In this document: in pieces, positions 18,979 through 27,211 of the stretch
Layout: every line of letters begins with the position of its first letter
Numbering within the stretch: position 1 is the first letter of the stretch
Source: an uncultured Bacteroidia bacterium
Lineage (GTDB): Bacteria > Bacteroidota > Bacteroidia > Bacteroidales > ML635J-15
Length of the DNA stretch: 64,000 bases
Direction of reading: 5' to 3'
NCBI GenBank assembly: GCA_902800045.1
Contig: CADCCZ010000008.1
Span: forward strand, 24,325-88,324
Notes under the pieces: generated by a model
Databases searched by the model: none
What the model was told of the DNA's origin: nothing
The model's input: the letters and a program-made list of their open reading frames with translations, nothing else
Program-made: the position numbers and the translations under genes

Positions 18979-19779
18979 TCCATTAAACACAATCCTCGTG
19001 CAGAATGCCTGCTTGTCGCCTACCTTGCCTTCTATCAGCGTGCTACGAACAATCGGTTTGCCATTCATCGAAAGCTTTGGTTCGGCAAGTGGCTCGTCGT
19101 ACATGTAGAGGTCGAGAGTTTCGCCGGGACGGGTTTCGTGGGCAAATGTTATGAAAACTTCGGCAACCGAAAGTTTCTGCAATTCGGCATAGTCGAAGCA
19201 GTTCATGGCATGTTGGATGTAGCGCGCATTGTTGGTGTGGGCATTCATGTCGGTGTCGGAATAGCCGAGCAGTTCGCTGCGAACAAGGCGAGGCTCCGCA
19301 CTGCGCGGCATCATCACCTTAGGCGCTGGCGTTTCTATTGCGTTTTCGTGGCAGGCCGAATCGTCGGGAATCATATCCAGAATATCGTTCATCCTTACCA
19401 TCGCACGCTTTTCCAAGTCGAGAACCACCCACGAGCTTGTGCCGACAACCTTCTGCGAACCGTCGGCTCCGCTAATCAGAAAGTCCCTGAGGAAAAACGG
19501 ACCGCCAATGCCTTTGTGCCAAGTAGTTACCTTAATTTCGTCGTTCCACAGCGGAGTATCCATAAATACGAAGTGCATGCGCGAAAGCACCCACGCCATA
19601 TTCTTCTTCAGCATATCGTTGTAGCCAAAACCGTATGGCTCGGCAGCACGGGTAGCCATTTCCTGGGCAACGTTCATGAAAGCGACCGGCTTCATGCGGA
19701 TGTTGGAATCAACATCGAAGCATGAAACAACATCATTTACAATATATTTACAATCCTTAAGTTCAAAATCCTTTACCAT
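18976..19779 (-). CDS. Acyl-[acyl-carrier-protein] thioesterase
   Basis: 267 aa with a double hot-dog pattern typical of FatA/B-like acyl-ACP thioesterases (AWVLSRMHFVF..., TWHKGIGGPFFLRDF, TDMNAHTNNARY). Confidence 0.8.
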   Translation of the reverse strand: MVKDFELKDCKYIVNDVVSCFDVDSNIRMKPVAFMNVAQEMATRAAEPYGFGYNDMLKKNMAWVLSRMHFVFMDTPLWNDEIKVTTWHKGIGGPFFLRDFLISGADGSQKVVGTSSWVVLDLEKRAMVRMNDILDMIPDDSACHENAIETPAPKVMMPRSAEPRLVRSELLGYSDTDMNAHTNNARYIQHAMNCFDYAELQKLSVAEVFITFAHETRPGETLDLYMYDEPLAEPKLSMNGKPIVRSTLIEGKVGDKQAFCTRIVFNG

Positions 19780-19803
19780 AACTAAACATTATTTATGACG
19801 TGG

Positions 19804-19811
19804 CAAAAGTA
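19804..19811 (-). promoter_or_regulatory. Candidate -7 box TACTTTTG (minus strand)
   Basis: 24 nt upstream of the thioesterase ATG 19779. Confidence 0.45.
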
Positions 19812-19935
19812 AAAAATTATTCCGAACAAGGATACGCTTGAAATATGCACAGACAATTATGAATAAATAATGCACAATAATTTTTCTGCAATCCGATTAT
19901 TTACATTAAATTTACGACCTCAAAATGTATATTGC

Positions 19936-22167
19936 ATGAATAGGAAATTTTTACTTGTTTTGTTAGCTGTAACACTCTCTGCGTCAGCGTTTTCACAGCA
20001 GATTAAAGCCTTAGAGTTCATCTGGAAGGGCAAATACGACAATGCAGTAAAGGCAATAGAGAAAGGTCTGAGCAAGAACATGGACGATGTGGAATTCAAC
20101 TTCTATAAGGCGTATCTTCTGTTCCAAAGGGGATACGAAGGCTACGACCCGGTTGAATCGTACAAATGCCTGCTCAACTGCGAAACATACTATCCGCAAC
20201 TCGACGAAAAGACAAAGGAAAAACTGAATACCGTACCTATCAATCCCGAGGTGTTCAACAAGTACATCGACACCGTATGCCGTTACGCTCTGCGCGATGC
20301 GTCGGTAGCCAACACCTTCGAGGCCTACCAGAACTATCTGTTCTTCTACCGCAAGGCTCCCGAAGACTACAAGACCGAAGCCCGCATGTACCGCGACATC
20401 GAAGCATACAAGCTCGCAATTAAGTCCGACACCGAAGAATCGTACGACTCGTTCATCCGTACCTACCCCGAAGCTCAGCAGATTCCCGATGCAACCATGC
20501 GCCGCGATACAAAAGCCATGGAAAAGGCAAAGGCAGGAAACACTGTAGCATCGTTCGAAGAATTCCTGAAGAAGTACCCGAATTCGGCACTCGCTGGCGA
20601 AGCACAGGAACAAATCTACGTTATTGCACTTGCCGACGCCGAAAAGGAAAACACCTCGGCTGCTCTCAAGCAATACATGGAAAAATATCCTAAGAGTTCG
20701 CAGTACTACAAGGCCGAAATGATGTACGACGAAAAACTGTACAACGAAGAAACCGCCGACGGCAACTGCGGTTCGTACCTCCGCTTTGCAAAGAAATACC
20801 CGAACAGCAAATGGAACAATATGGCTCTCGCTTCGGCAATGCAGTGCGCAGGCGACAATGCCGAGGTTGCAAAATACTGCTTCAAGAAACTCGAGGGCGA
20901 CAAGAAAAAACAGGCACTCAAGCTGTACTACAACGTAATTGCTGCCGACGGCGAAATGATTTCGCTTAAGGCTTTGTACGACGAACTCGACAACAGCCAG
21001 CGTGCAATCATACGCGACAGCTACGTGGCCGACTCGGCAATTGCTGCCATGGGCGACAAGCTGAAACTGCAAGGCAAATACAATCCCAAGAAGGCCGAAT
21101 CGTACGACGAATACATTAAGCAGGCCGCTCCGAAGGAAAAGGCTTTCGTAGCACTGCAGAAGATGATAGAAACCGACATCGACAACAAAAACTGGGCAGG
21201 CGCTGCTGCTACGGTACAGAAATACCGCCAGTACTGGAAGGACAAGACAAAGAAGATTGACAATCTGCTTAGCATCCTCAACGAGAAATCGCAATCGGTT
21301 GTAGCCGAAGCTTTGCCCGAAACGGTAAATACTACAGGCAACGAATACAACCCGATACTTTCGTCCGATGGCAATACCTTGTACTTCTGTGGTGAAGGCC
21401 GCAGCAACAACAAGAGCGGCGAAGACATCTTCGTATCGGAAAGGACTGCCGACGGATGGAGCGAAGCCCAGATTATAAACGAAGTTTCGACAAAGGCAAA
21501 CGACTATCCGCAGTGCATCAACGCTTCGGGCAACACCATGTACATTTTCAAGAACGGAAGATTGTACTTCTCGAAGAAGGCCGGTGCCACCTGGGGAAAG
21601 CCGCAGAAAATGTCAAACAACGTAAACTCGAGCAACTGGCAGGGCGACGCTTTCCTGAGCCACGACGGAAAGGCTCTGTTATTCGCAGCTAAGCGCAGCG
21701 ACATGCTCAACATGTTCAACGATGCCGACTTCGACGGACTTGTATATCACGGAAAAGTTGACGAACACCAGACCGACCTGTACGTTTGCACTATCAACGC
21801 CGATGGCGAATGGGGCAAGCCAGTAAACCTCGGCGGAACGGTCAACACCCTTTACACCGAACGCACTCCGTTCCTTAGCAACGACAACAAGCACCTCTAC
21901 TTCGCTTCCGACGGACACGGAGGTCTTGGCGGACTCGACATGTACGTTTCTACCCGTCTTAGCAACGACTGCTGGGACTGCTGGAGCGAACCTGTAAACC
22001 TCGGCAAGGACATAAACTCCGCTTCCGACGACATGGGCTACAAGATCAGCACCGACGGAACCAAGGCTTACTTCTCGAAGTCGAACGCAGCAAAAGGCAA
22101 GAAGGGCAACCTCGATATCTTTATCATCAACCTTCCCGAAAACCTGCAACCAAAGAACATAAAGTAA
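19936..22167 (+). CDS. Secreted TPR-like and TolB/PD40-like beta-propeller repeat protein
   Basis: Track ORF trimmed to ATG 19936 (MNRKFLLVLLAVTLSASAFSQQ). The N-half is helical-repeat-like. The C-half has PD40-type repeats (NEYNPILSSDGNTLYFCGE, AFLSHDGKALLFAA, ERTPFLSNDNKHLYFASD, YKISTDGTKAYFSK). Confidence 0.7.
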   Translation: MNRKFLLVLLAVTLSASAFSQQIKALEFIWKGKYDNAVKAIEKGLSKNMDDVEFNFYKAYLLFQRGYEGYDPVESYKCLLNCETYYPQLDEKTKEKLNTVPINPEVFNKYIDTVCRYALRDASVANTFEAYQNYLFFYRKAPEDYKTEARMYRDIEAYKLAIKSDTEESYDSFIRTYPEAQQIPDATMRRDTKAMEKAKAGNTVASFEEFLKKYPNSALAGEAQEQIYVIALADAEKENTSAALKQYMEKYPKSSQYYKAEMMYDEKLYNEETADGNCGSYLRFAKKYPNSKWNNMALASAMQCAGDNAEVAKYCFKKLEGDKKKQALKLYYNVIAADGEMISLKALYDELDNSQRAIIRDSYVADSAIAAMGDKLKLQGKYNPKKAESYDEYIKQAAPKEKAFVALQKMIETDIDNKNWAGAAATVQKYRQYWKDKTKKIDNLLSILNEKSQSVVAEALPETVNTTGNEYNPILSSDGNTLYFCGEGRSNNKSGEDIFVSERTADGWSEAQIINEVSTKANDYPQCINASGNTMYIFKNGRLYFSKKAGATWGKPQKMSNNVNSSNWQGDAFLSHDGKALLFAAKRSDMLNMFNDADFDGLVYHGKVDEHQTDLYVCTINADGEWGKPVNLGGTVNTLYTERTPFLSNDNKHLYFASDGHGGLGGLDMYVSTRLSNDCWDCWSEPVNLGKDINSASDDMGYKISTDGTKAYFSKSNAAKGKKGNLDIFIINLPENLQPKNIK

Positions 22168-22190
22168 GCTAAATAGCGGCTTCAAAAGAC

Positions 22191-23660
22191 ATGAGTCCAT
22201 ACGTAATAGCGTCAATAGTCGTCGGCTACTTTGCCTTGCTGATTCTTATATCGCACCTTACTTCGAAGAAAGCAAACAACGATACATTTTTTACAGGCAA
22301 CCGCAGGTCGCCATGGTTTGTGGTGGCATACGGAATGATTGGAGCATCGCTCTCGGGCGTGACATTCATGTCGGTGCCAGGCTACGTGCAGAGCAGCCAG
22401 TTTACATACTTCGGCGTGGTCCTCGGATACACAATAGGATACATTGTAATTTCTTTCGTGCTGCTACCGCTATACTACAAGCTTAACCTCACGTCGATAT
22501 ACACCTACCTCGACAAGCGGTTCGGAAGCAACTCGCAACGGACGGGCTCGTTTTTCTTCATAGTGTCGCGACTGATGGGTTCGGCACTACGTATGTATCT
22601 GGTTGTATTCGTACTTCACGAATTTGTATTCAAGGCAATAGGCGTCCCGTTCTGGGCTCTGGCGCTGTTCTTCATAGTGCTGATACTGATTTACACCTTC
22701 AAGGGCGGAATCAAGACCATCATCTGGACCGACACGCTGCAGACCACCTTCATGCTGCTATCTACCATTGTGACTATTGTGTTCCTGCTAAAGGAAATGG
22801 ACCTTTCGTTCTTCGACATGATGTCGCAGGCTGCCGACGAAGGCTACACACACATGTTCGAAACCGACTGGCGGTCGAACAACTTCTTCCTCAAGCAGAT
22901 TCTCAGCGGCGCATTCATCACCATAGCCATGACAGGCCTCGACCAGGACATGATGCAGAAAAACCTTACCTGCAAGTCGCTTAAGGAGGCACGGAAAAAC
23001 ATGCTTTCGTTCAGCGTGTGTATAGTCATTGTGAACGTATTGTTCCTCGTTCTGGGTGTAGCCCTTATGACATATTCCACGCAGACAGGCTTTGCCCTGC
23101 CCGAAAAGTCCGACAGCATATTTGCAGCAGTAGCCCAGAATATCGGTTCGGCAACGTGGATAATCTTCATCATCGGTCTGGTTGCAGCAGGCTACTCGAG
23201 TGCCGACGGAACCTTGACCTCGCTCACCACAACCTTCTGCTTCGACATACTGCAGTTCGACAAGAAATCCGACTACGACGAGCAGAAAAAGACGAAAATC
23301 CGCAAGAGAACACACATCGTATTTGCTGCAATATACTTCCTTATCATAATAGTTTTCAAGCCGTTCCACACCGATTCGCTCATAAAGATGCTTTTCGACA
23401 TTGCAGGCTACACCTACGGACCGCTGCTTGGACTTTTCAGTTTTGGACTATTTATCAAGAAACGCAACCCAAACGACAAGGTTGTGCCGTTCATCGCTAT
23501 ACTTTCGCCGGTAATAAGCTATTTGCTAAACATTTACTCGGAGGAATTGTTCTTCGGCTACAAGTTCGGCTTCGAGATACTTATTGTAAACGGGCTGCTT
23601 ACATTCTTGGGACTGCTGATATTCAGCAAGAAGGAAACTAAAAAAATAACACAACTATGA
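22191..23660 (+). CDS. Sodium:solute symporter family transporter
   Basis: 489 aa, polytopic, with an SSF-like N-terminal region (FFTGNRRSPWFVVAYGMIGASLSGVTFMSVPG). Confidence 0.85.
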   Translation: MSPYVIASIVVGYFALLILISHLTSKKANNDTFFTGNRRSPWFVVAYGMIGASLSGVTFMSVPGYVQSSQFTYFGVVLGYTIGYIVISFVLLPLYYKLNLTSIYTYLDKRFGSNSQRTGSFFFIVSRLMGSALRMYLVVFVLHEFVFKAIGVPFWALALFFIVLILIYTFKGGIKTIIWTDTLQTTFMLLSTIVTIVFLLKEMDLSFFDMMSQAADEGYTHMFETDWRSNNFFLKQILSGAFITIAMTGLDQDMMQKNLTCKSLKEARKNMLSFSVCIVIVNVLFLVLGVALMTYSTQTGFALPEKSDSIFAAVAQNIGSATWIIFIIGLVAAGYSSADGTLTSLTTTFCFDILQFDKKSDYDEQKKTKIRKRTHIVFAAIYFLIIIVFKPFHTDSLIKMLFDIAGYTYGPLLGLFSFGLFIKKRNPNDKVVPFIAILSPVISYLLNIYSEELFFGYKFGFEILIVNGLLTFLGLLIFSKKETKKITQL

Positions 23661-23755
23661 AAAAGTTAATATACACCACGCAAGAATTAAAAGCTAAGCC
23701 ATTTGTTAAATGGGTTGGAGGAAAAGGTCAACTTCTCAGCCAACTTGAATTATAA
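23657..23755 (+). pseudogene. N-terminal remnant (32 codons) of a Dam/DpnM-type (alpha-class) N6-adenine DNA methyltransferase gene
   Basis: My translation is MKKLIYTTQELKAKPFVKWVGGKGQLLSQLEL followed by a stop. KPF.KW.GGK..LL is the conserved N-terminal motif of Dam-family methylases. The ATG overlaps the symporter stop. Confidence 0.6.
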
Positions 23756-23780
23756 TTTGTTATTGTGCTACATAAGTTTT

Positions 23781-24551
23781 ATGGATTTAAATTTTAATCG
23801 TAAGTTAGCAATTGGTTATAAAAGCGGTTCTCAAATATCGAGAGTTGTAACAGAAGATTGGGTTGAACATAATATGTTTTGTCCCATATGTGGTGCTAGA
23901 ATTTTAAATCATTATGAAGCCAACAAACCTGTAGCGGATTTCTTTTGTGATGAATGTAAATCGGACTTTGAATTAAAAAGTAAAGAGAGTAAAAATGCGA
24001 ATATAGGCAATAAAATAACAGATGGTGCTTATGCAACGATGATAGACAGAATCACATCGTTAAAGAATCCACATTTATTTGTGATGACATATTATAATTG
24101 GGCAGTAAACAATCTACTTATAATTCCTAACTACTTTTTTGTCCCTGATATAATTGAAAAGCGTCAACCTTTGAAAGAAACTGCCCGTAGGGCAGGATGG
24201 ATAGGATGTAATATTGAAATAGGGAAAATCCCTGATAGTGGCAAAATATTTATCATCAAAAACAGCCAACAAGAAGATAAATTTAAAGTTATAGACCTTT
24301 ATCAACGAACATTAACATTACAAACTAAAAGAATTGAAAATAGAGGTTGGCTGTTGGATGTACTAAAATGTGTGGAACGCATACCTACAGATAATTTTAA
24401 ACTTGATGATGTATATGTTTTTGCCAAAGAACTTAAGAGAAAGCATCCTGACAATAATTATGTTCATGATAAAATTCGACAACAACTACAATATCTTAGG
24501 GATAAAGGTTTTATTAAATTCACATCAAGAGGACACTATCAAAAAATATAA
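23781..24551 (+). CDS. DpnI-like (Dam-replacing family) methyl-directed type IIM restriction endonuclease
   Basis: Track ORF trimmed to ATG 23781 (MDLNFNRKLAIGYKSGSQISRVVTEDWV). It is collinear with S. pneumoniae DpnI as I recall it, including CP.CG...L.H.E.N.PVADF.C..C...FELKSK, DGAY.TM, TARRAGWIGCNI, and a C-terminal winged-helix end (KIRQQLQ.LRDK). The gene is AT-rich. Confidence 0.85.
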   Translation: MDLNFNRKLAIGYKSGSQISRVVTEDWVEHNMFCPICGARILNHYEANKPVADFFCDECKSDFELKSKESKNANIGNKITDGAYATMIDRITSLKNPHLFVMTYYNWAVNNLLIIPNYFFVPDIIEKRQPLKETARRAGWIGCNIEIGKIPDSGKIFIIKNSQQEDKFKVIDLYQRTLTLQTKRIENRGWLLDVLKCVERIPTDNFKLDDVYVFAKELKRKHPDNNYVHDKIRQQLQYLRDKGFIKFTSRGHYQKI

Positions 24552-24557
24552 TAAACG

Positions 24558-24788
24558 ATGAACGAATATATATTTTACACTACTGAAGGATATACCATAT
24601 CACCGAATAACAATGATGTTGATAATTGCCAAGTACTTGGTTTGGTTTGTGGGAAAAATGTTACTGATGCCCAAAGAAATCTTATAAAAGAGAATCCGTG
24701 GATTAAAAAATTTGGTTATGATATTAATAAAATTATCTGCAAGCAATTGATTACAGATGAAATAAAAAACTTTCTGACAAGCAAATGA
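24558..24788 (+). CDS. Hypothetical small protein (76 aa) downstream of the DpnI-like gene
   Basis: ORF only, with no family recognised. The start lies 7 nt after the DpnI-like stop. Its last ~9 codons overlap the methyltransferase remnant in another frame. Confidence 0.35.
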   Translation: MNEYIFYTTEGYTISPNNNDVDNCQVLGLVCGKNVTDAQRNLIKENPWIKKFGYDINKIICKQLITDEIKNFLTSK

Positions 24789-25156
24789 CGGATGTATGGC
24801 GTTTGCCAGCAATTGCCCAGTGGGAAAAGTCGTGCGGAAAACATCCAACACAAAAACCTTTGGCTCTATTAACACGCATAATTTTAGCATCAACACCTAA
24901 GAACGCTTGGATTCTTGACCCATTTGCAGGTAGTAGCACCACAGGAATTGCAGCAAATCTAATTTCTAGACGTTATCTCGGTATAGAAAAAGAAATATCA
25001 TTTGCAGAAATTGCAAAACAACGAAGATTAGAAATTGAAAATTTAAACAAATTCGCAGAATTCCAATCCAAAATAAAAGATATTTCAATTTCAAAACTTT
25101 ACAATCAGGCTAATCTTCTATGCGAACACTCCGTTTGCGACGACTTACCTTTCTAA
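24761..25156 (+). pseudogene. C-terminal remnant of a beta-class (DpnA-like) N6/N4 DNA methyltransferase. It lacks the catalytic DPPY half.
   Basis: Track ORF 24785..25156 reads MTDVWRLPAIAQWEKSCGKHPTQKPLALLTRIILASTPKNAWILDPFAGSSTTG. This is the HPTQKP and DPF.GSGTT (AdoMet-binding) end only. In-frame similarity (KKLSDKQ) extends upstream to a stop at 24758-24760. The FxGxG glycine is replaced (GSSTT). Confidence 0.65.
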
Positions 25157-25184
25157 TACAAAAAAGGCACCTCAAAGGGTGCCT
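25157..25184 (-). terminator. Terminator after the deoxynucleoside kinase gene (possibly bidirectional)
   Basis: 7-bp stem aggcacc/ggtgcct with a 6-nt loop. An A6 run on the plus strand gives a T6 tail on the minus strand. Confidence 0.6.
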
Positions 25185-25208
25185 ATATAATATAAGGTAT
25201 ATCAGTGT

Positions 25209-25823
25209 TTAGAATAATCCGTGAAGTTCGGCATCAATCTTGTCGATTACTGTGCTGAGGTCCTCGGGCTTGTTGGCGAAGTCGAGATTGTCGACATCGA
25301 TAATGAGAAGCTTGCCGCTGTCGTACTCCGAAGCCCATGCCTCGTAGCGTTCGTTAAGACGAGTAAGGTAGTCGATGCGGATCGACGACTCGTACTTGCG
25401 TCCGCGCTGCTGGATTTGACGAACGAGCGTAGGTACGCTTGCACGCAAATATATGAGCAAGTCGGGAGCCTGAACAACCGATGTCATAAGCTTGAACAAG
25501 TTGAAATAATTGTCGAAGTCGCGGCTCGACATAAGTCCCATCGAATGCAAGTTTGGTGCAAATATATATGCGTCCTCGTATATGGTTCTGTCCTGAATTA
25601 TGGTTTTGTCCGACTTGCGAATCTCGAGTATCTGGTTGAAGCGGCTATTCAAGAAAAAGATCTGTAGGTTGAACGACCAGCGCTGCATGTCCTCGTAGAA
25701 ATCGTTGAGATAAGGATTGTAATCAACATCCTCGTAATTCGGAGTCCATCCGTAATGCTTTGCCAGCAATTTGGTAAGGGTTGTTTTGCCGGCTCCAATG
25801 TTTCCTGCTACTGCTATATGCAT
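25209..25823 (-). CDS. Deoxynucleoside kinase
   Basis: 204 aa with P-loop AVAGNIGAGKTTL and dNK-family motifs (QDRTIYED, LIYLRAS). Confidence 0.9.
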   Translation of the reverse strand: MHIAVAGNIGAGKTTLTKLLAKHYGWTPNYEDVDYNPYLNDFYEDMQRWSFNLQIFFLNSRFNQILEIRKSDKTIIQDRTIYEDAYIFAPNLHSMGLMSSRDFDNYFNLFKLMTSVVQAPDLLIYLRASVPTLVRQIQQRGRKYESSIRIDYLTRLNERYEAWASEYDSGKLLIIDVDNLDFANKPEDLSTVIDKIDAELHGLF

Positions 25824-25874
25824 ACCTCTAAAAATTTTGCGGTGCTAATTTATAGAATTTTTTACAATTGTAAT

Positions 25875-26672
25875 CTATTTTTCGACTTGAATTTTACAAC
25901 ATTCCAATTTATTGTCGCCGAGCAGATAAAGCAAATCGTGCCTAATGCGGAACTTGTCGGCCTTTTTGCCGTCGGTTGGAATGGTAACCGTTTTGTCGTC
26001 GGCAACATCGTAAGCTACGATTTCACCATTGCGGCTATAATAGAGAATGTCGTTGTCGATGCAGAAGTCGGTGCATTCGCCGTCGGTTTCGATTGCACGG
26101 TAAAAATTACCGAACTTGTCGAGAATCAAAACTTTGGCATCGTCGGTAAGCAAAAACAGATAGTTTATCGACTCGCGCATAGCCAGCACCTCGGCATCGC
26201 CTAACCTATCGTATATGTTGGTTCCCTGCTGCGACACTTCGAGGTTTGCCGTCACCCTCCGCACGCACGAATTCTGTTCGTCGAACACCCAGAAGCCGCC
26301 AAACGACGACGAGCAAACCCCCTTAGTATTATATAGGCCAGCATCGTCAAGCATCAAGGGACTGCGCAATTCGGCGAGCTTGCTGTCGAGATAGATAAGC
26401 TTGTTGAACTCGGAATAGAAAACTATCACCTTGAACGGATTGGATACATCGAGCGACGACATGCTGCCTGCCGGATAGTTGTCGTAGGCGCAAACGAAAT
26501 TCATGTCGGCGTCGTACTTTGCCACCACATTGTCCTTCAGGAGATATATGTTGCCCAGCCTATCAACTTCGACAGCACTAGCATTCACGTCCTTGCTCCA
26601 CGGAGCAAAGTCCTGTGCTTCGGCAAAACTAAGCAGCAACATCAGAATCGATGCAACAAACAAATTCTTCAT
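25875..26672 (-). CDS. Hypothetical secreted protein
   Basis: 265 aa with signal MKNLFVASILMLLLSFAEAQ. No family recognised. Probably co-transcribed with the kinase gene 51 nt downstream. Confidence 0.6.
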   Translation of the reverse strand: MKNLFVASILMLLLSFAEAQDFAPWSKDVNASAVEVDRLGNIYLLKDNVVAKYDADMNFVCAYDNYPAGSMSSLDVSNPFKVIVFYSEFNKLIYLDSKLAELRSPLMLDDAGLYNTKGVCSSSFGGFWVFDEQNSCVRRVTANLEVSQQGTNIYDRLGDAEVLAMRESINYLFLLTDDAKVLILDKFGNFYRAIETDGECTDFCIDNDILYYSRNGEIVAYDVADDKTVTIPTDGKKADKFRIRHDLLYLLGDNKLECCKIQVEK

Positions 26673-26781
26673 GCCACAAAGATAAGGAAAAGATTAGCTT
26701 TGGGGATTAAAAATTCAAAGATTTGATAATTCAATGATTCGATGAGATTATTACAATTTACATCTGGCATCAACATTGTAC

Positions 26782-27024
26782 AGACGCAATTCATTGCGTC
26801 TCAACAGAACGGCGAAGCCATTCAAACCCAGAAACGTGCGAAGCACATTCAAACGCCGCAGGCATTGAAACGGCGTCAGCCACAGAAACAGCGAAGCGAG
26901 AAACGTGCGAAGCACACTGAAACGGGCGTAGCCCATTCAAACGCCGCAGGCATTCAAACGCCGCAGGCATTCAAACAGCGAAGCATAGAAACGTGCGAAG
27001 CACACTGAAACAGCGTCAGCCCAC
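26782..27024. repeat. Hairpin AGACGCAAT-TC-ATTGCGTCT followed by a ~17-nt degenerate tandem array (~12 units) of GNA-loop mini-hairpins
   Basis: Units have the form (C/G)AAAC, then a GC mini-hairpin, then CA(C/T)(A/T). Examples are gtgc-gaa-gcac, gcc-gca-ggc, ggc-gtca-gcc and gggc-gta-gccc. Confidence 0.85.
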
Positions 27025-27139
27025 AAAAAAACCCGCCCGATGACTGAGAATCACCGAGCGGAACCCTATGAAAAAAGCAAATTACTAACCTAATTCAGTA
27101 TTTCCAATCAAAAAAACAATCTTCAATCAGAAATTATTC

Positions 27140-27147
27140 TATTTTTG
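27140..27147 (+). promoter_or_regulatory. Candidate -7 box TATTTTTG
   Basis: 64 nt upstream of the antiporter ATG 27212. Confidence 0.4.
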
Positions 27148-27211
27148 CAATCCTGTTGATTGATAAAATCAAAACTTTCGACTGCAAAAATAATAAAAGG
27201 TTTAATAACTG

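Noticed and set aside
20011-21294. Long antisense ORFs in the track. These include 20011..21294, 32769..33971, 36856..38142, 40120..41265, 41878..43626, 43870..45585, 45970..46956, 11107..11892, 35462..36361 and 51009..51839.
   Set aside because: Each lies opposite a gene with strong family-level support. Their translations are low-complexity (rich in V, R, L, C, F and H) with no recognisable motifs. Long open antisense frames are expected from the codon bias of the sense genes.
26742-27008. ORFs lying inside repeat arrays. These include 26742..27008, 47979..48206, 48076..48258, 52067..52500 (several), 61797..62256 (several) and 63633..63971.
   Set aside because: They are translations of tandem or word repeats, giving periodic peptide sequence. 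They overlap each other in several frames and strands and have no start context.
26802-27024. Reading the GAAAC words of the 17-nt arrays as ECF-sigma -35 boxes.
   Set aside because: The sequence at the spacing expected for a -10 element does not give a CGT-type -10 element. The word simply recurs with the array period.
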